From the NCBI GenBank assembly GCA_003152415.1, contig PMAD01000209.1:34179-97268 (forward strand): a stretch of 63,090 nt of DNA, given 5' to 3'. Below are positions 26,904 through 37,776 of this stretch, one piece after another (position 1 is the first letter of the stretch; the number at the start of each line of letters is the position of its first letter). The notes beneath the pieces were generated by a model, which did not search any database, was not told where the DNA came from, and was given only the letters and a program-made list of their open reading frames with translations. The position numbers were made by a program, and so were the translations under genes. The stretch comes from Acidobacterium sp. (GTDB lineage: Bacteria > Acidobacteriota > Terriglobia > Terriglobales > Acidobacteriaceae).

Positions 26904-26924
26904 GCCCGAGCGCATCGTCGTTTT

Positions 26925-27245
26925 TCACTCGAGATGAAACACTTCCTCCAGAGGCGCCATGCTCGCGTCGGCAGCTCCCTGCTCCAGCGATTCGAAGAGC
27001 GGCGCCATCTCCGCCTGCCACCGCGCGTTCACGGGATGCTCCTGCATGCGGGCACGCGCCTGCTCAAAATCCTCGGTCTCGAGGTAGCCAACCAGCAGAC
27101 CATCGGAGCGCAGGAAGAGCGAGTAGTTGTGCCAGCCGGTAGCGCGCAGCGCCTCGAGCATCTCCGGCCATACCTGTTGGTGACGCTGCCGGTACTCGTC
27201 TATTTTGTCGGCTCGAACCTTAAGCAGGAAACACACGCGCGTCAT
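26925..27245 (-). CDS. rhaM: L-rhamnose mutarotase
   Basis: MTRVCFLLKVRADKIDEYRQRHQQVWPEMLEALRATGWHNYSLFLRSDGLLVGYLE... is the classic RhaM/YiiL pattern. Start at the internal ATG at 27245. Confidence 0.9.
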   Translation of the reverse strand: MTRVCFLLKVRADKIDEYRQRHQQVWPEMLEALRATGWHNYSLFLRSDGLLVGYLETEDFEQARARMQEHPVNARWQAEMAPLFESLEQGAADASMAPLEEVFHLE

Positions 27246-27391
27246 AGACAAAGCTCCCTTTGCTGTTGTCCGGGCCAGCCTCCCCGAATTCGCTTCCCTC
27301 ACCGAATTCGTCTTTTTACATATCCGGCCCCGGGAGTATCATTTTGGGTGAATTCTAACTGGGAACTTATTTCAATGAGGGGACGGAGACA

Positions 27392-28570
27392 TTGAACGCC
27401 TGTCAGGGCCGCGTAATGCAGGCGCTCGATTCGCTGCGGATTGAGCTCCCCTCCTGGGGATTCGCCAATACCGGAACCCGCTTCGGCAAGTTTTTGCAGC
27501 CCGAGGCCGCGGCCACCATCGAGGAGAAGTTTGCCGACGCAGCACAGGTGAACGCGCTCACCGGCGCCACCCCTACCCTCGCTCTCCACGTCGCCTGGGA
27601 TTTGCCAGGCGGCCTTCGCGACGCCCGCAGGATTGCAGAGCTCGAAACGCAACACGACATTCGCGCCGGTTCCATCAATCCCAATCTGTTTGAGAGCCAG
27701 AGTTACAAGTTCGGATCGATCTGCAATCCCGATTCCGGGATTCGCAGGATGGCAATCGATCACCTGCTGGAATCCGTGGCCATCGCGAAGGCGCTGCGTA
27801 CGCGCGACGTTTCGGTGTGGCTGGCCGATGGTTCGAATTACCCGGGCACGCAGAGCATCCGGCGGCGTATTGAATGGATGGCCGAGGCGCTGGCGGAGGT
27901 GCATGAAAGCCTCGGTGCCGACCAGCAGCTGCTGGTGGAGTACAAGCCGTTCGAGCCGGCCTTTTATCACACCGACCTTGCCGACTGGGGCATGGCGCTT
28001 CTGATCGCCCGCGAGGCGGGTCCCAAAGCGTGCGTGCTGGTCGACACCGGGCATCATTATCAGGGCCAGAACATTGAGCAGATCGTGGCGTGGCTGCTCC
28101 GCGAAAAAATGCTGGGCGGCTTTCACTTCAACGACCGCCGCTACGCCGACGACGACCTGACCCTCGGCTCGATCGATCCCTATCAGGTCTTTCGCATCTT
28201 CCACGAACTCCTCTCTGACAGCACCAGCATGGCGACGACCGCGTTCATGATCGATCAGAGCCACAATCTGAAGGGAAAAATGGAAGCGATGGTGCAGACG
28301 GTCTGCACGGCCCAGGAACTTTTCGCGAAAGCCGCGCTGGTCGACCGCGAACGGCTGGCGACGCTGCAGGACGAATGCCGCCTGGTCGATGCGGAAGAGT
28401 GCCTGCGAGAGGGATTCTGGTTCGACGTGCGGCCTCTGGTCCAGGAGTGGCGCGCTTCGCAGGGCCTCCCGGTCGATCCGCTCGCCGCCCTGCGCGCCAG
28501 CGGCTACGTGGAGCGCATCCGGAGCGAGCGCAGGGAGCGAAATGCGCGGTCGGTGGCCACTTACGCCTGA
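27392..28570 (+). CDS. rhaI: L-rhamnose isomerase (xylose-isomerase-like TIM barrel, Pseudomonas/actinobacterial RhaI type)
   Basis: IELPSWGFANTGTRF...HVAWD..., about 390 aa, directly upstream of rhaEW-rhaB-rhaT. TTG start at 27392, or ATG at 27416. Confidence 0.75.
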   Translation: MNACQGRVMQALDSLRIELPSWGFANTGTRFGKFLQPEAAATIEEKFADAAQVNALTGATPTLALHVAWDLPGGLRDARRIAELETQHDIRAGSINPNLFESQSYKFGSICNPDSGIRRMAIDHLLESVAIAKALRTRDVSVWLADGSNYPGTQSIRRRIEWMAEALAEVHESLGADQQLLVEYKPFEPAFYHTDLADWGMALLIAREAGPKACVLVDTGHHYQGQNIEQIVAWLLREKMLGGFHFNDRRYADDDLTLGSIDPYQVFRIFHELLSDSTSMATTAFMIDQSHNLKGKMEAMVQTVCTAQELFAKAALVDRERLATLQDECRLVDAEECLREGFWFDVRPLVQEWRASQGLPVDPLAALRASGYVERIRSERRERNARSVATYA

Positions 28571-28672
28571 TCGCTCACCCATTTCCAATCCGCATAAGTC
28601 ATTTTCGGATTCAAAGCCGGGAATAATTGCCCTGTCGATATCGCTGTGTCATCATTTTGGACGGTGCCCTCA

Positions 28673-30880
28673 ATGAAAACGCTAACTGCCCTGCGCTATC
28701 TGCAGGACCTGTGGGATGAAAAAGCAGCCGCAAAGCTCGACGAGCCCGAGTTGCTGCGCTATCGCTCCAATCTGCTGGGAGCCGACCTGCGCATTACCAA
28801 CTTTGGTGGTGGCAACACAAGCTCGAAGGTCGAGCAGCCCGACCCACTGACCGGGCAAAGGACCGACGTCCTGTGGGTCAAAGGCAGTGGCGGCGACCTG
28901 GGCAGCATCAAACGCGCCGGTTTTGCCGCGCTTTATCTCGACAAGCTGCTCGCCATCGAATCGCAGTACAAGGGCGCTGCCGAGGAAGACGCGGTTGTGG
29001 ATCTCTACCCCCTTTGCACTTTCGGCGTGAACCCCACGGTCGCCTCGATCGATACGCCGCTCCACGGTTTCCTCCCGTTCCGCCACGTCGATCATCTGCA
29101 TCCCGACTGGGCCATCGCTATGGCGGCAGCCGCCGACGGCAAAGAAAAGATGGAGGAGTTCAATCGCGCCTTCGAGCACTCCCTTGTGTGGGTGCCGTGG
29201 CAGCGCCCTGGCTTTGAGCTGGCCATGATGATGCGCCGCACCGTCCTTCAGAACCCGGGATGCGATGGAATCGTGCTCGGCGGTCACGGCCTCTTCACCT
29301 GGGGCGAAGCGCAGCGCGAATGCTATCTGAATACCCTTACGATGATCGATCAACTCGGCCAGTTTGTTCAGGAGCACATCGAGCGAAAAGGCGCCGCTAT
29401 TTTTGGCGGGCCGGCGCTGCCGGTTCGCGAGAATCGCAAAGACATTGCCCTGGAGCTGCTGCCTTTCGTGCGCGGACGGGTCTCCGAACAGAAGCGACTA
29501 ATTGGAACCTGGACCGATTCCACGGCTGTGCTGCGCTTCGTCAATTCAAAGGATGGCGCTGCCCTGGCGCATCTCGGCACCAGTTGCCCTGATCACTTTA
29601 TCCGCACCAAGATTCGCCCACTGTTTGTTCCGGGGACGGCCGCGGACGACGTCGCCACGCTGCAAAACAAGATCGAAGCAGCCCTCGACACCTATCGCGC
29701 TGACTATGCCGCGTACTACGACAAGCACAAGGTCGCGTCGTCTCCGGCCTTGCGCGATCCCAACCCAGCCGTGGTGCTGATCCCCGGTATCGGCATGTTC
29801 TCTTTCGGCAAGAGCAAGACCGAGTCGCGGGTTGTGGGCGAGTTCTACACCAACGCCATTCACGTGATGGAAGGAGCCAGCGCGCTCGCCGGAGCAACCG
29901 TCGTCAAGGATGTGCCGCAGGCCGGAGCCGCCGCTCCCTGCGAAGCTTTCGAGGTCTACACCAACTATGTAGCGCTGCCCGCCGCGGAGGCATTTCGGAT
30001 CGAGTACTGGCTGCTGGAAGACGCGAAGATTCGCCGCCATCCCGCAGAGAAGGAGTTGAGCAGGAGAATCGCCCTGATCGTTGGTGGAGCGAGCGGCATC
30101 GGGCGGGCAACCGCCTTGCTCGCAGCCGAGCGGGGAGCGCAGGTGATGATTGCCGACCGCGACCTGGCGGGAGCTGAGTCTGTGGCGCAGGAAGCTCGCG
30201 CAATCGCAGGCAAAGAAGCCATTGCCGCCACGGCCGTCGATATTCGCGATCGCAACTCGATCGCGGCGGCGCTGCGCGACACGGTGGCCCACTTCGGCGG
30301 ACTCGACATCCTCATCAACACGGCCGCCGTCTTCCCCTCCTCGCCGCAGGGCATGATCGACGACGCGATGTGGGCGACGACTCTCGCCCTCAACGTGACC
30401 GCGAATTATCTGCTCGCCGAAGAGGCCGAGAGGCTGTTCGCCGCCCAGCAGCTCGACGGCAGCATTGTGCTCACCAGCTCCGCCAACGCGGTGGTTCCCA
30501 AGCGCGGCAGCGAAGCTTACGACGTGAGCAAAGCGGCCCTGAGTCATCTGGTGCGGGAGCTGGCGGTCTCGCTTGCGCCCCGCGTGCGCGTGAACGGCAT
30601 CAGCCCCGCGACGGTCGTCAAGGGCTCGACCATGTTTCCGCGCGACCGCGTTATCACATCGCTCACCAAATACGGCGTCGCGTTCGATGCATCGGCCACC
30701 GATGACCAGCTGCGCGACCTGCTGGCCGGCTACTACGCCAATCGCACGCTGACGCATCAGCCCATCGAACCGGACGACTGCGCCCGCGCGATCCTCTTCC
30801 TCGCCGGCGCGCACACGCGCTGCACCACGGGGCATCTCATTCCCGTCGATGGCGGGTTACCCGAGGCGTTCCTGCGGTGA
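28673..30880 (+). CDS. rhaEW: Bifunctional rhamnulose-1-phosphate aldolase / short-chain (lactaldehyde) dehydrogenase
   Basis: N-terminal class II aldolase/adducin domain. C-terminal SDR with GGASGIGRA and YDVSKAAL (YxxxK). Confidence 0.8.
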   Translation: MKTLTALRYLQDLWDEKAAAKLDEPELLRYRSNLLGADLRITNFGGGNTSSKVEQPDPLTGQRTDVLWVKGSGGDLGSIKRAGFAALYLDKLLAIESQYKGAAEEDAVVDLYPLCTFGVNPTVASIDTPLHGFLPFRHVDHLHPDWAIAMAAAADGKEKMEEFNRAFEHSLVWVPWQRPGFELAMMMRRTVLQNPGCDGIVLGGHGLFTWGEAQRECYLNTLTMIDQLGQFVQEHIERKGAAIFGGPALPVRENRKDIALELLPFVRGRVSEQKRLIGTWTDSTAVLRFVNSKDGAALAHLGTSCPDHFIRTKIRPLFVPGTAADDVATLQNKIEAALDTYRADYAAYYDKHKVASSPALRDPNPAVVLIPGIGMFSFGKSKTESRVVGEFYTNAIHVMEGASALAGATVVKDVPQAGAAAPCEAFEVYTNYVALPAAEAFRIEYWLLEDAKIRRHPAEKELSRRIALIVGGASGIGRATALLAAERGAQVMIADRDLAGAESVAQEARAIAGKEAIAATAVDIRDRNSIAAALRDTVAHFGGLDILINTAAVFPSSPQGMIDDAMWATTLALNVTANYLLAEEAERLFAAQQLDGSIVLTSSANAVVPKRGSEAYDVSKAALSHLVRELAVSLAPRVRVNGISPATVVKGSTMFPRDRVITSLTKYGVAFDASATDDQLRDLLAGYYANRTLTHQPIEPDDCARAILFLAGAHTRCTTGHLIPVDGGLPEAFLR

Positions 30881-32322
30881 GCCGTGGCTCCGACCCGGAG
30901 AATCCGGCCTTCATCGCGATCGACCTCGGCGCGGAGAGCTGCCGCGTTTCTCTGTTGAACTGGCGAGCCGACCAGCCCCATATAACCATGGTTCGCCGCT
31001 TCGAAAATGGGCCCGAGGATCATGGCTCCGCCGGGCTGCGCTGGAACCTTGACCGCATTTGCAGCGAGCTGGACCGCGGTCTTCACGCCTGCGCGGAGCT
31101 GGCGCCGGAAGGCATCGCGAGCATCGGCGTAACCGGCTGGGCGGTCGATTACGTGCGTCTTGACAAGTCCGGCCGGCCACTCGCGCCGCCATTCTGCTAT
31201 CGTGACGAGCGCACGCAGGCCGCGTTCAAGGCCGTCCACGCCATCGTTCCCGCCACTTCACTCTACGGCCAAACCGGCGTGCAGATTCAGCCCATCAACA
31301 CTCTCTATCAGCTCTATGCAGACAAAACCACCGGCGTCGCAAACTCCGCGCCGTGGGTCAATCTGCCGGAGTACATCCTGCACTGGCTCGGCGCTCCACG
31401 GATCGCGGAGTACACCAACGCCACGCACACCGGGCTAATCGGCGCAGAGACGCGCCAGTGGTCGGGCGAAATTTTCCAGGCTCTGGGCCTGGATCTCGCC
31501 GCCGCTCCCAAACTGGTTTCGCCGGGAACAGCTCTCGGGCCTCCACGGGATGACCTGCGCCGTCTGCCAGCCTTTGCGACCACTGAACTCATCGCGCCCG
31601 CCTGTCACGACACCGCCTCCGCGATCGCCGGCATTCCCGAGCGCCCCGGTGACTGGGCCTATATCAGCTCCGGCACATGGTCGCTCGTGGGCGTGCCGCT
31701 GGCCCACAACCTGCGCAGCCACGAATCGTATTCACGCGGGTTCACCAATCTCGGTGCAGCGGACGGCGGCATCCTCTTCCATCGCGGCATCCCCGGCATG
31801 TGGCTGCTGCGGCAATGCATGAACATCTGGGACTCCGATCGACGATGGAGCGTGGCGCAACTCATCGAAGAGGCGCGCCGCCTGCCCGCGCCCGATCACC
31901 CGCTCGACCTCGACGATCCCGCCCTGCTCCCACCTGGCGACATGCCCGCGCGCATCAATGATCAGCGCAAACGGCAAGGCCTCGCTCCGCTGCCCACGGC
32001 ATGCGAAGCAGCACCGCACTATGCCAACCTCATTTTTCACAGCCTTGCGCATCGCTACGGCGTCCTCCTGCGCGAAATCGAGGAGATGACCGCGCATCGC
32101 CCCCATCACATCTGCGTGGTCGGCGGCGGTAGCCAGAACGAGTACCTCAACGCGCTCACGTCGGCAGCCACCGGCCTGCCGGTCAGGCGCTGCTCCGTCG
32201 AAAGCTCCACGCTCGGCAATTTCGCCCTACAATGGGCGCGGATCGAGCAGCCCTCGGGCTCGCTCCGGCCCCAGTCGATCGCCGATAAAGTCTCGGCGCT
32301 CGCCGAAGTCCAGATCGTTTAG
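30877..32322 (+). CDS. rhaB: Rhamnulokinase (FGGY carbohydrate kinase)
   Basis: GTGA overlap with rhaEW. FIAIDLGAESCRV...GVTGWAVDY...VVGGGSQNEYLN FGGY pattern. Confidence 0.8.
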   Translation: MSRGSDPENPAFIAIDLGAESCRVSLLNWRADQPHITMVRRFENGPEDHGSAGLRWNLDRICSELDRGLHACAELAPEGIASIGVTGWAVDYVRLDKSGRPLAPPFCYRDERTQAAFKAVHAIVPATSLYGQTGVQIQPINTLYQLYADKTTGVANSAPWVNLPEYILHWLGAPRIAEYTNATHTGLIGAETRQWSGEIFQALGLDLAAAPKLVSPGTALGPPRDDLRRLPAFATTELIAPACHDTASAIAGIPERPGDWAYISSGTWSLVGVPLAHNLRSHESYSRGFTNLGAADGGILFHRGIPGMWLLRQCMNIWDSDRRWSVAQLIEEARRLPAPDHPLDLDDPALLPPGDMPARINDQRKRQGLAPLPTACEAAPHYANLIFHSLAHRYGVLLREIEEMTAHRPHHICVVGGGSQNEYLNALTSAATGLPVRRCSVESSTLGNFALQWARIEQPSGSLRPQSIADKVSALAEVQIV

Positions 32323-32340
32323 GCCACGAAAGGAGTCGCA

Positions 32341-33375
32341 ATGTCCTCTGCCATTCTTGGCGGAATCGGATGGCATATGGTCGGCGCCGCTTCTGCTGCG
32401 TCTTTTTATGCGCCCATCGAGAAGGTGAAGAAGTGGTCCTGGGAAACGACCTGGGCGGTGGCCGGCGTTTTCTCCTGGGTTTTGCTGCCATTGATCGTCA
32501 GCCTCATCCTGCTTCCGGATTTTCACGGCTTCTACGCAGGCATCGCCACCGGCGATCTCACCAAAACTTTTCTCTTCGGCTGCATGTGGGGCATCGGCAA
32601 TGTCAACTACGGGCTCACGATGCGCTATCTCGGCATGTCGCTCGGCATCGGCGTGGCCATCGGGGTCACGCTGGTGGTCGGCACGCTCGTCCCTCCCATC
32701 CTGCAGGGTCAGCTCGCCTATCTCCTCACCAGCCGCAGCGGTCATTTCACGATGTCCGGCGTCGCGCTGGCCCTCGTCGGGATCGCCATCGTCTCCTGGG
32801 CCGGTCATCAGAAGGAACTGCGTCTGGGAAAGCGAGCCGAGGAATTCAATCTCGGCAAGGGCCTCCTGCTCGCCGTCATGTGCGGCATTTTCTCGTCGGG
32901 AATGTCGTTTGCCATCGAGGCCGCAAAGCCGATCGCCGCAGCCGCGCAACACGTGGGCGTCAAGCCGCTGTATGCGGCGTTGCCCAGCTACGTCATCATC
33001 ATGGGCGGCGGAGCGCTGGTGAATTTCGGCTACTGCTTCACCCGCCTCGCGTATCGCAAAGACATCTCTCTCCGCCGCGACTGGTCGCAGACGCGATCGA
33101 CCCTGCTCCTGAACAGTTCCATGGCGGCCGCGGGGGGCACCATGTGGTATCTCCAGTTTTTCTTCTACGCCTGGGGCGCGGCAAATATTCCTGCCCATCT
33201 CAGTTTCGTCAACTGGATGTTGCACATGAGCGGCTACGTGCTCTTCGGCGGGATTGTCGGCCTGGCGCTCGGTGAATGGCGTGGCGCATCCGGCCGCCCA
33301 GTACGCCTGCTCTGGACGGGGATGCTCGTCATCATCGCCGCAGCGAATCTTGTGGGACTGGGGATGGCCTCGTAG
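32341..33375 (+). CDS. rhaT: L-rhamnose/proton symporter
   Basis: 344-aa, 10-TM, EamA-like protein. N-terminus [31 protein letters not shown] is typical of RhaT. Confidence 0.8.
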   Translation: MSSAILGGIGWHMVGAASAASFYAPIEKVKKWSWETTWAVAGVFSWVLLPLIVSLILLPDFHGFYAGIATGDLTKTFLFGCMWGIGNVNYGLTMRYLGMSLGIGVAIGVTLVVGTLVPPILQGQLAYLLTSRSGHFTMSGVALALVGIAIVSWAGHQKELRLGKRAEEFNLGKGLLLAVMCGIFSSGMSFAIEAAKPIAAAAQHVGVKPLYAALPSYVIIMGGGALVNFGYCFTRLAYRKDISLRRDWSQTRSTLLLNSSMAAAGGTMWYLQFFFYAWGAANIPAHLSFVNWMLHMSGYVLFGGIVGLALGEWRGASGRPVRLLWTGMLVIIAAANLVGLGMAS

Positions 33376-33395
33376 TCCTGAGTGGGCAGCCGGCG

Positions 33396-35672
33396 TCAGG
33401 AACCGACGGTGAACGTCCCCACCGTCGTCAGCGCACCAACGGAGTCGCCGAGATAGACGGTGTACTGACCCGGCGCCACCGTCCATGCGCCCGATGTCTC
33501 GTCCCAGTACGACAACGGATGCGACGAGTCGTTCTCGTCCACTTCGATCATGACCGCCTGGGACGCCCCGGGCTGCAGCGTCACCTTTTGCCAACCCACC
33601 AGGCGATGCGGCGGTTCACCGATGCCGGCTGGCAATCCCAGATAGACCTGCGCGACTTCCGCGCCGCTCACAGCCCCGGTATTCGTAACCGTAAGCGTTA
33701 CCTGAATATTCGGATTGCTCATCGAAGCAAGGTTATTCATGATCGCGGAATTGGTGAGGGAAAACGTCGTGTACGACAGCCCGAACCCAAACGGAAACAG
33801 CGGCGTCAGTCCCTGAGAGTCATACCACTTGTAGCCGATGTTGAATCCCTCAAAGTAATTCACGTCAAAAGGCGTCGTACTGTCTGGGGGTGTGGGGATC
33901 GTCGGTCGCGGCAACTGCGACACGCTGGCGGGAAACGTGATGGGCAGCTTGCCCGACGGATTCGTCTTGCCGAAGAGCAGGTCGGCGATCGCCGGTCCGC
34001 CGCTCTGCCCCGGATACCACGCCTCCAGCACGGCGCCCACCTGGCTGAGCCACGGCATCACCACCGGTCCGCCGCTCTCGATCACGACGATCGTGTGCGA
34101 ATTGGCCGCTGCCACCGCGCTCACCAGAGCATCCTGGTCGATGGGTGTGGCGTCAGTCAGGTCCGTCAGGTTAATACTGGGCAGGTCCATGCCCTCGCTC
34201 TCCCACTGGCTCACGAACACGACGGCCACCTGGGACGACGCGGCCAACGCCGCCGCGGCGCTCGCGTTGCTGCCGTCCGCAAACTGCACGTTCGCGCCGG
34301 GCGCCATGGTCTCGATCGCCTTCATCGGCGACGAAGGATCCCACACCACTTCCGACCAGCACGGCGGGCAGGGGTAGCCGCTGGTCAGTGCAGGGCCTCC
34401 GGCAGGCTGCACCTGCGCCGATCCGCCGCCGGAGAGCACGGCCACGTCGGCATGGGAGCCGATGACGGCGATGGATTGCACACCCGCGTTGATTGGCAGC
34501 GCGCCATTGCTGTTCTTCAGCAGCACAGCACCGTTCTCCTCCACCTGCTGTGCGATGGCTGCATCGGCCGCCGCGGGAATGGGCTGGATGGTCTGCGGGT
34601 AATCGAAGAGGCCCACCTGAAACATGGTGCGCAAAACGCGATGAACCATGTTGTCCAGCCGCGACTGCGGCACCTGTCCGTTCTGAATCGCTGTCCCCAG
34701 CGATCCAAAATATTCCTGATCCGGCTGCTCCTGATCCAGACCCGCATTGGCCGCGTTCACCGTACTGTGCGTGGCCAGCCAGTCCGACATTACAAAGCCG
34801 GTAAAGCCCCAGTCGGTTTTCAGAACATCCGTCAGCAGATGCGAGTTCTCGCAGTTATACGTGCCGCCGGTCAGGTTGTAGGAGCACATTACCGACTGGA
34901 CATTCGCGTCTTTCACGCCGATTTCAAACGCCAACAGGTCGCTCTCGCGGCCGCCTCGCTCGTCGATGACGGCATTCGCCGTCGCGCGCCCCGTTTCCTG
35001 GTCGTTATAGGCGAAATGTTTGATGTCGGCGATCACATGCTGCGCCTGTACGCCCTCCAGATGCGCGGCGGCAATCTTCCCGGCCAGAATCGGATCCTCG
35101 CCCTTGGTCTCAAACGTCCGGCCGTCACGCGGCTCGCGTCCTGTCAGATTCGTGTTGCCGCCAAGGTTGACGTCGATGCCGTAGTCGCTCAGTTCTGTGC
35201 CGATGACTGTTCCATATTGAACGGCCGCCTGCGTATCCCACCCGGCAGCGCTGGCAATCGATGCCGGCAATGCCGTGGCGGGTCCTATGCCGTTGCCCAC
35301 GCCCACGCTCCCATCGGCGAAATACAGGGCCGGAATGCTGAGCTGCGGAATGCCAGGAATCCAGCCCCCGGCGCCGCGCGGAAAGCTGTAATTCAGGTTG
35401 GGATCGTTCGCCACCCCGCCCGCTACCATCTGCAGTTTCTGTGCCTGCGTCATCTGCGCCAGTAGTGCATCAGCGCGCTGATCCGGCGTTCCCGAGGTGG
35501 GAGGGCCGCTCGGAGAGCTGGTTTGTATCGGAGTCGACGAGCCGCATGCAACCAAAATCGCGGCCAACGGTAAAGATAGAATGATTGCGGAGCCCGATAT
35601 TTTCTTCACGAAGGGCTTCGGGGCCGGATAATTTCCCAATCGTTGAACAGAGCGGAGAGACATAAACCCCAC
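33396..35672 (-). CDS. Glycoside hydrolase family 3 beta-glycosidase, probable lipoprotein
   Basis: GH3 N- and C-domains (KHFAYNDQE, GFVMSDW nucleophile region) and a fibronectin-like C-terminus. Lipobox-like LVAC. A later GTG start near 35609 is possible. Confidence 0.9.
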   Translation of the reverse strand: MGFMSLRSVQRLGNYPAPKPFVKKISGSAIILSLPLAAILVACGSSTPIQTSSPSGPPTSGTPDQRADALLAQMTQAQKLQMVAGGVANDPNLNYSFPRGAGGWIPGIPQLSIPALYFADGSVGVGNGIGPATALPASIASAAGWDTQAAVQYGTVIGTELSDYGIDVNLGGNTNLTGREPRDGRTFETKGEDPILAGKIAAAHLEGVQAQHVIADIKHFAYNDQETGRATANAVIDERGGRESDLLAFEIGVKDANVQSVMCSYNLTGGTYNCENSHLLTDVLKTDWGFTGFVMSDWLATHSTVNAANAGLDQEQPDQEYFGSLGTAIQNGQVPQSRLDNMVHRVLRTMFQVGLFDYPQTIQPIPAAADAAIAQQVEENGAVLLKNSNGALPINAGVQSIAVIGSHADVAVLSGGGSAQVQPAGGPALTSGYPCPPCWSEVVWDPSSPMKAIETMAPGANVQFADGSNASAAAALAASSQVAVVFVSQWESEGMDLPSINLTDLTDATPIDQDALVSAVAAANSHTIVVIESGGPVVMPWLSQVGAVLEAWYPGQSGGPAIADLLFGKTNPSGKLPITFPASVSQLPRPTIPTPPDSTTPFDVNYFEGFNIGYKWYDSQGLTPLFPFGFGLSYTTFSLTNSAIMNNLASMSNPNIQVTLTVTNTGAVSGAEVAQVYLGLPAGIGEPPHRLVGWQKVTLQPGASQAVMIEVDENDSSHPLSYWDETSGAWTVAPGQYTVYLGDSVGALTTVGTFTVGS

Positions 35673-35767
35673 CGATCACTTACAAATAAACTCCCTAGTT
35701 TAGTTCTTTTGCTCTGAAAAGTTGTCGCACGCCTGCTGCTTCCATAAGATCGAACTTGACTCCGGTC

Positions 35768-37291
35768 ATGCCTGACAAACTGCCTCGTGTTCGCTTCGCG
35801 CCCTCGCCTACCGGCTTTCTTCACGTAGGAAATGCGCGCACCGCTCTCTACAACTGGCTCTTTGCGCGACATACGGGCGGGGCCTTCCTGCTGCGCATCG
35901 AAGACACCGACCTCGACCGCAGCGAGATGCGGCACGAAACCCAGCTGATGGAGGATCTGTTGTGGCTGGGCCTGGACTGGGACGAGGGTCCCGGCGTCGA
36001 AGGTCCGCACGCGCCGTATCGGCAGTCAGAGCGGCTTGGCATCTATCGCGAGCACACCGATCGCCTGCTCGCCGAAGGCAAAGCCTACCGTTGCTTCTGC
36101 ACCGCCGAAGAGCTGGAGGCGGAGCGTCATGAGACCACCGCTGCGCATCGCCCTCAGGTTTATTCCGGACGCTGCCGCGCTGTTTCTGACGCCGACTCCG
36201 CCGCCCGGGCTGCAGTCGGCGAGCCTTTCGCCGTGCGCCTGCGCATCCCCGATCATCCGCTGCGTTTCCACGACCTGGTGCGCGGCGCGGTGGAATTCCC
36301 AAACGAGACGATCAGCGATCCGATCCTCGTCCGTTCCTCGGGTATGCCCGTCTACAACTACGTCGTCACCCTCGACGACGCGCTGATGGAGATCACGCAC
36401 GTCATTCGCGGCGATGATCACATCTCGAACACCCCGAAGCAGGTGGCGATCTACGAGGCTTTCGGCTGGAAGCCGCCGGAGTTCGCGCATCTGTCCACCA
36501 TCCTCGGCAGCGATCGCGAGCGCCTGTCCAAGCGCCACGGCTCGACCTCCGTCTCCAGCTTTCGCGCTATGGGGATTCTGCCCGAAGCCCTCGTGAACTA
36601 CCTCTCGCTGCTTGGCTGGGGCGCGGAGGGCGGCACGCGCGAGCTTTTTTCGCTCGAGGAGCTGGTCCGCGAGTTCCGCATCGAGCGCGTCACCGCCTCG
36701 CCCGCCGTCTTCGACTGGGAAAAGCTGCACTGGCTCAATCGGCATTACCTCAAAACCGCCGACCCGGAGCGAATCGCCGAACTCGCGTGGTCCCATTTCG
36801 TCAGCGCGGGTCTGCTTCCGTCGCACAATGCCATCTGGCAGGTCACCACCGCTTCCGTCGAAGTATGGTTCGGCAAGCTGCTGGCTCTTTTTCTCCCCGC
36901 GGTCAACCAGCTCGACGAGCTGCCGGTGAAGGCTGCGTTCGTCTTTCGCTTCAGCCCCGCGGCCACCCGCGCCAATGACGAGAACGCCGCACTGCTGGCG
37001 ACCGATGCTTCGCAAAGGGTTCTCGCCGCCTTTGCCGCACGCGTTGAAGTGCTTTCCGGCCCGGTCACGCCAGAACTGTTCAAAGCCTGGATGAACGAGA
37101 TCAAAACCGAGACCGGGGCGAAGGGCAAGGACCTTTTTCACCCCGTGCGCATCGCACTCACCGGCGCGCACTCGGGTCCGGAATTCGATAAGTTCATCCC
37201 CATCGTTGAAGAGGGCAGCCGCCTCGACCTGCCCGTCCACGTATTGAGCGTTCGCGAACGCATCGAACAATTCATGAGCGGTGGACGATGA
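35768..37291 (+). CDS. gltX: Glutamate--tRNA ligase
   Basis: [18 protein letters not shown] (HIGH region) and LSKRHG (KMSKS equivalent). The TTG at 35756 is an alternative start. Confidence 0.95.
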   Translation: MPDKLPRVRFAPSPTGFLHVGNARTALYNWLFARHTGGAFLLRIEDTDLDRSEMRHETQLMEDLLWLGLDWDEGPGVEGPHAPYRQSERLGIYREHTDRLLAEGKAYRCFCTAEELEAERHETTAAHRPQVYSGRCRAVSDADSAARAAVGEPFAVRLRIPDHPLRFHDLVRGAVEFPNETISDPILVRSSGMPVYNYVVTLDDALMEITHVIRGDDHISNTPKQVAIYEAFGWKPPEFAHLSTILGSDRERLSKRHGSTSVSSFRAMGILPEALVNYLSLLGWGAEGGTRELFSLEELVREFRIERVTASPAVFDWEKLHWLNRHYLKTADPERIAELAWSHFVSAGLLPSHNAIWQVTTASVEVWFGKLLALFLPAVNQLDELPVKAAFVFRFSPAATRANDENAALLATDASQRVLAAFAARVEVLSGPVTPELFKAWMNEIKTETGAKGKDLFHPVRIALTGAHSGPEFDKFIPIVEEGSRLDLPVHVLSVRERIEQFMSGGR

Positions 37292-37776
37292 AGACGGTCC
37301 TTTGGATCGAGGAAGCCAATCCCTCACGGCTTGCCATCGTCCTGCGTCCCCGCGGCGATGAAGGTCTGCAGGCTGATCTGGAGCTCGTCAGGGAAGCCGG
37401 CATTGACGTCCTTGTCTCGCTGCTGACGGCCGACGACAATGAAGATCTGGGCCTCACCGGTGAAGGCCAAATTGCCGAGCAGCTGGGAATGAAATTCATC
37501 TCGTACCCGATTCTCGATCGATGCACCCCTTCGAACCTCGCCTCCTTTCACGCCCTGGTCGCCAGTCTGCGCGATCAGGTTCGAGCCGGCAAAAGTGTTG
37601 GCGCTCACTGCCGCGGCTGCATCGGCCGGGCCACTGTTCTGATCGCTTCGGTAATGATCGCGCTCGGCTGGGACGCCAGCCAGGCCCTGCAGAGAATCGA
37701 ACGCGCCCGCGGATTCCCCGTCCCGGACACGCCGGAACAACTGGAATGGATCCTGAACTTCCATCCCGGCCCGTGA
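37288..37776 (+). CDS. Cysteine-dependent (dual-specificity/PTP-like) protein phosphatase
   Basis: ATGA overlap with gltX. Active-site loop [10 protein letters not shown] (HCX5R[S/T]). Confidence 0.75.
   Translation: MKTVLWIEEANPSRLAIVLRPRGDEGLQADLELVREAGIDVLVSLLTADDNEDLGLTGEGQIAEQLGMKFISYPILDRCTPSNLASFHALVASLRDQVRAGKSVGAHCRGCIGRATVLIASVMIALGWDASQALQRIERARGFPVPDTPEQLEWILNFHPGP

Noticed and set aside
27299-30835. Two 429-aa minus-strand ORFs (27299..28588 and 29546..30835).
   Set aside because: They are antisense to rhaI and rhaEW, which have clear motifs and operon coupling. No motifs were found in the antisense translations.
33276-35465. 729-aa ORF on the + strand.
   Set aside because: It is entirely antisense to a very clear GH3 gene. 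The translation is Arg/His/Gly-rich and of low complexity, with no recognisable motif. This is a typical GC-driven shadow ORF.
36026-37327. 433-aa minus-strand ORF.
   Set aside because: It is antisense to gltX, which has unambiguous HIGH and KMSKS regions.
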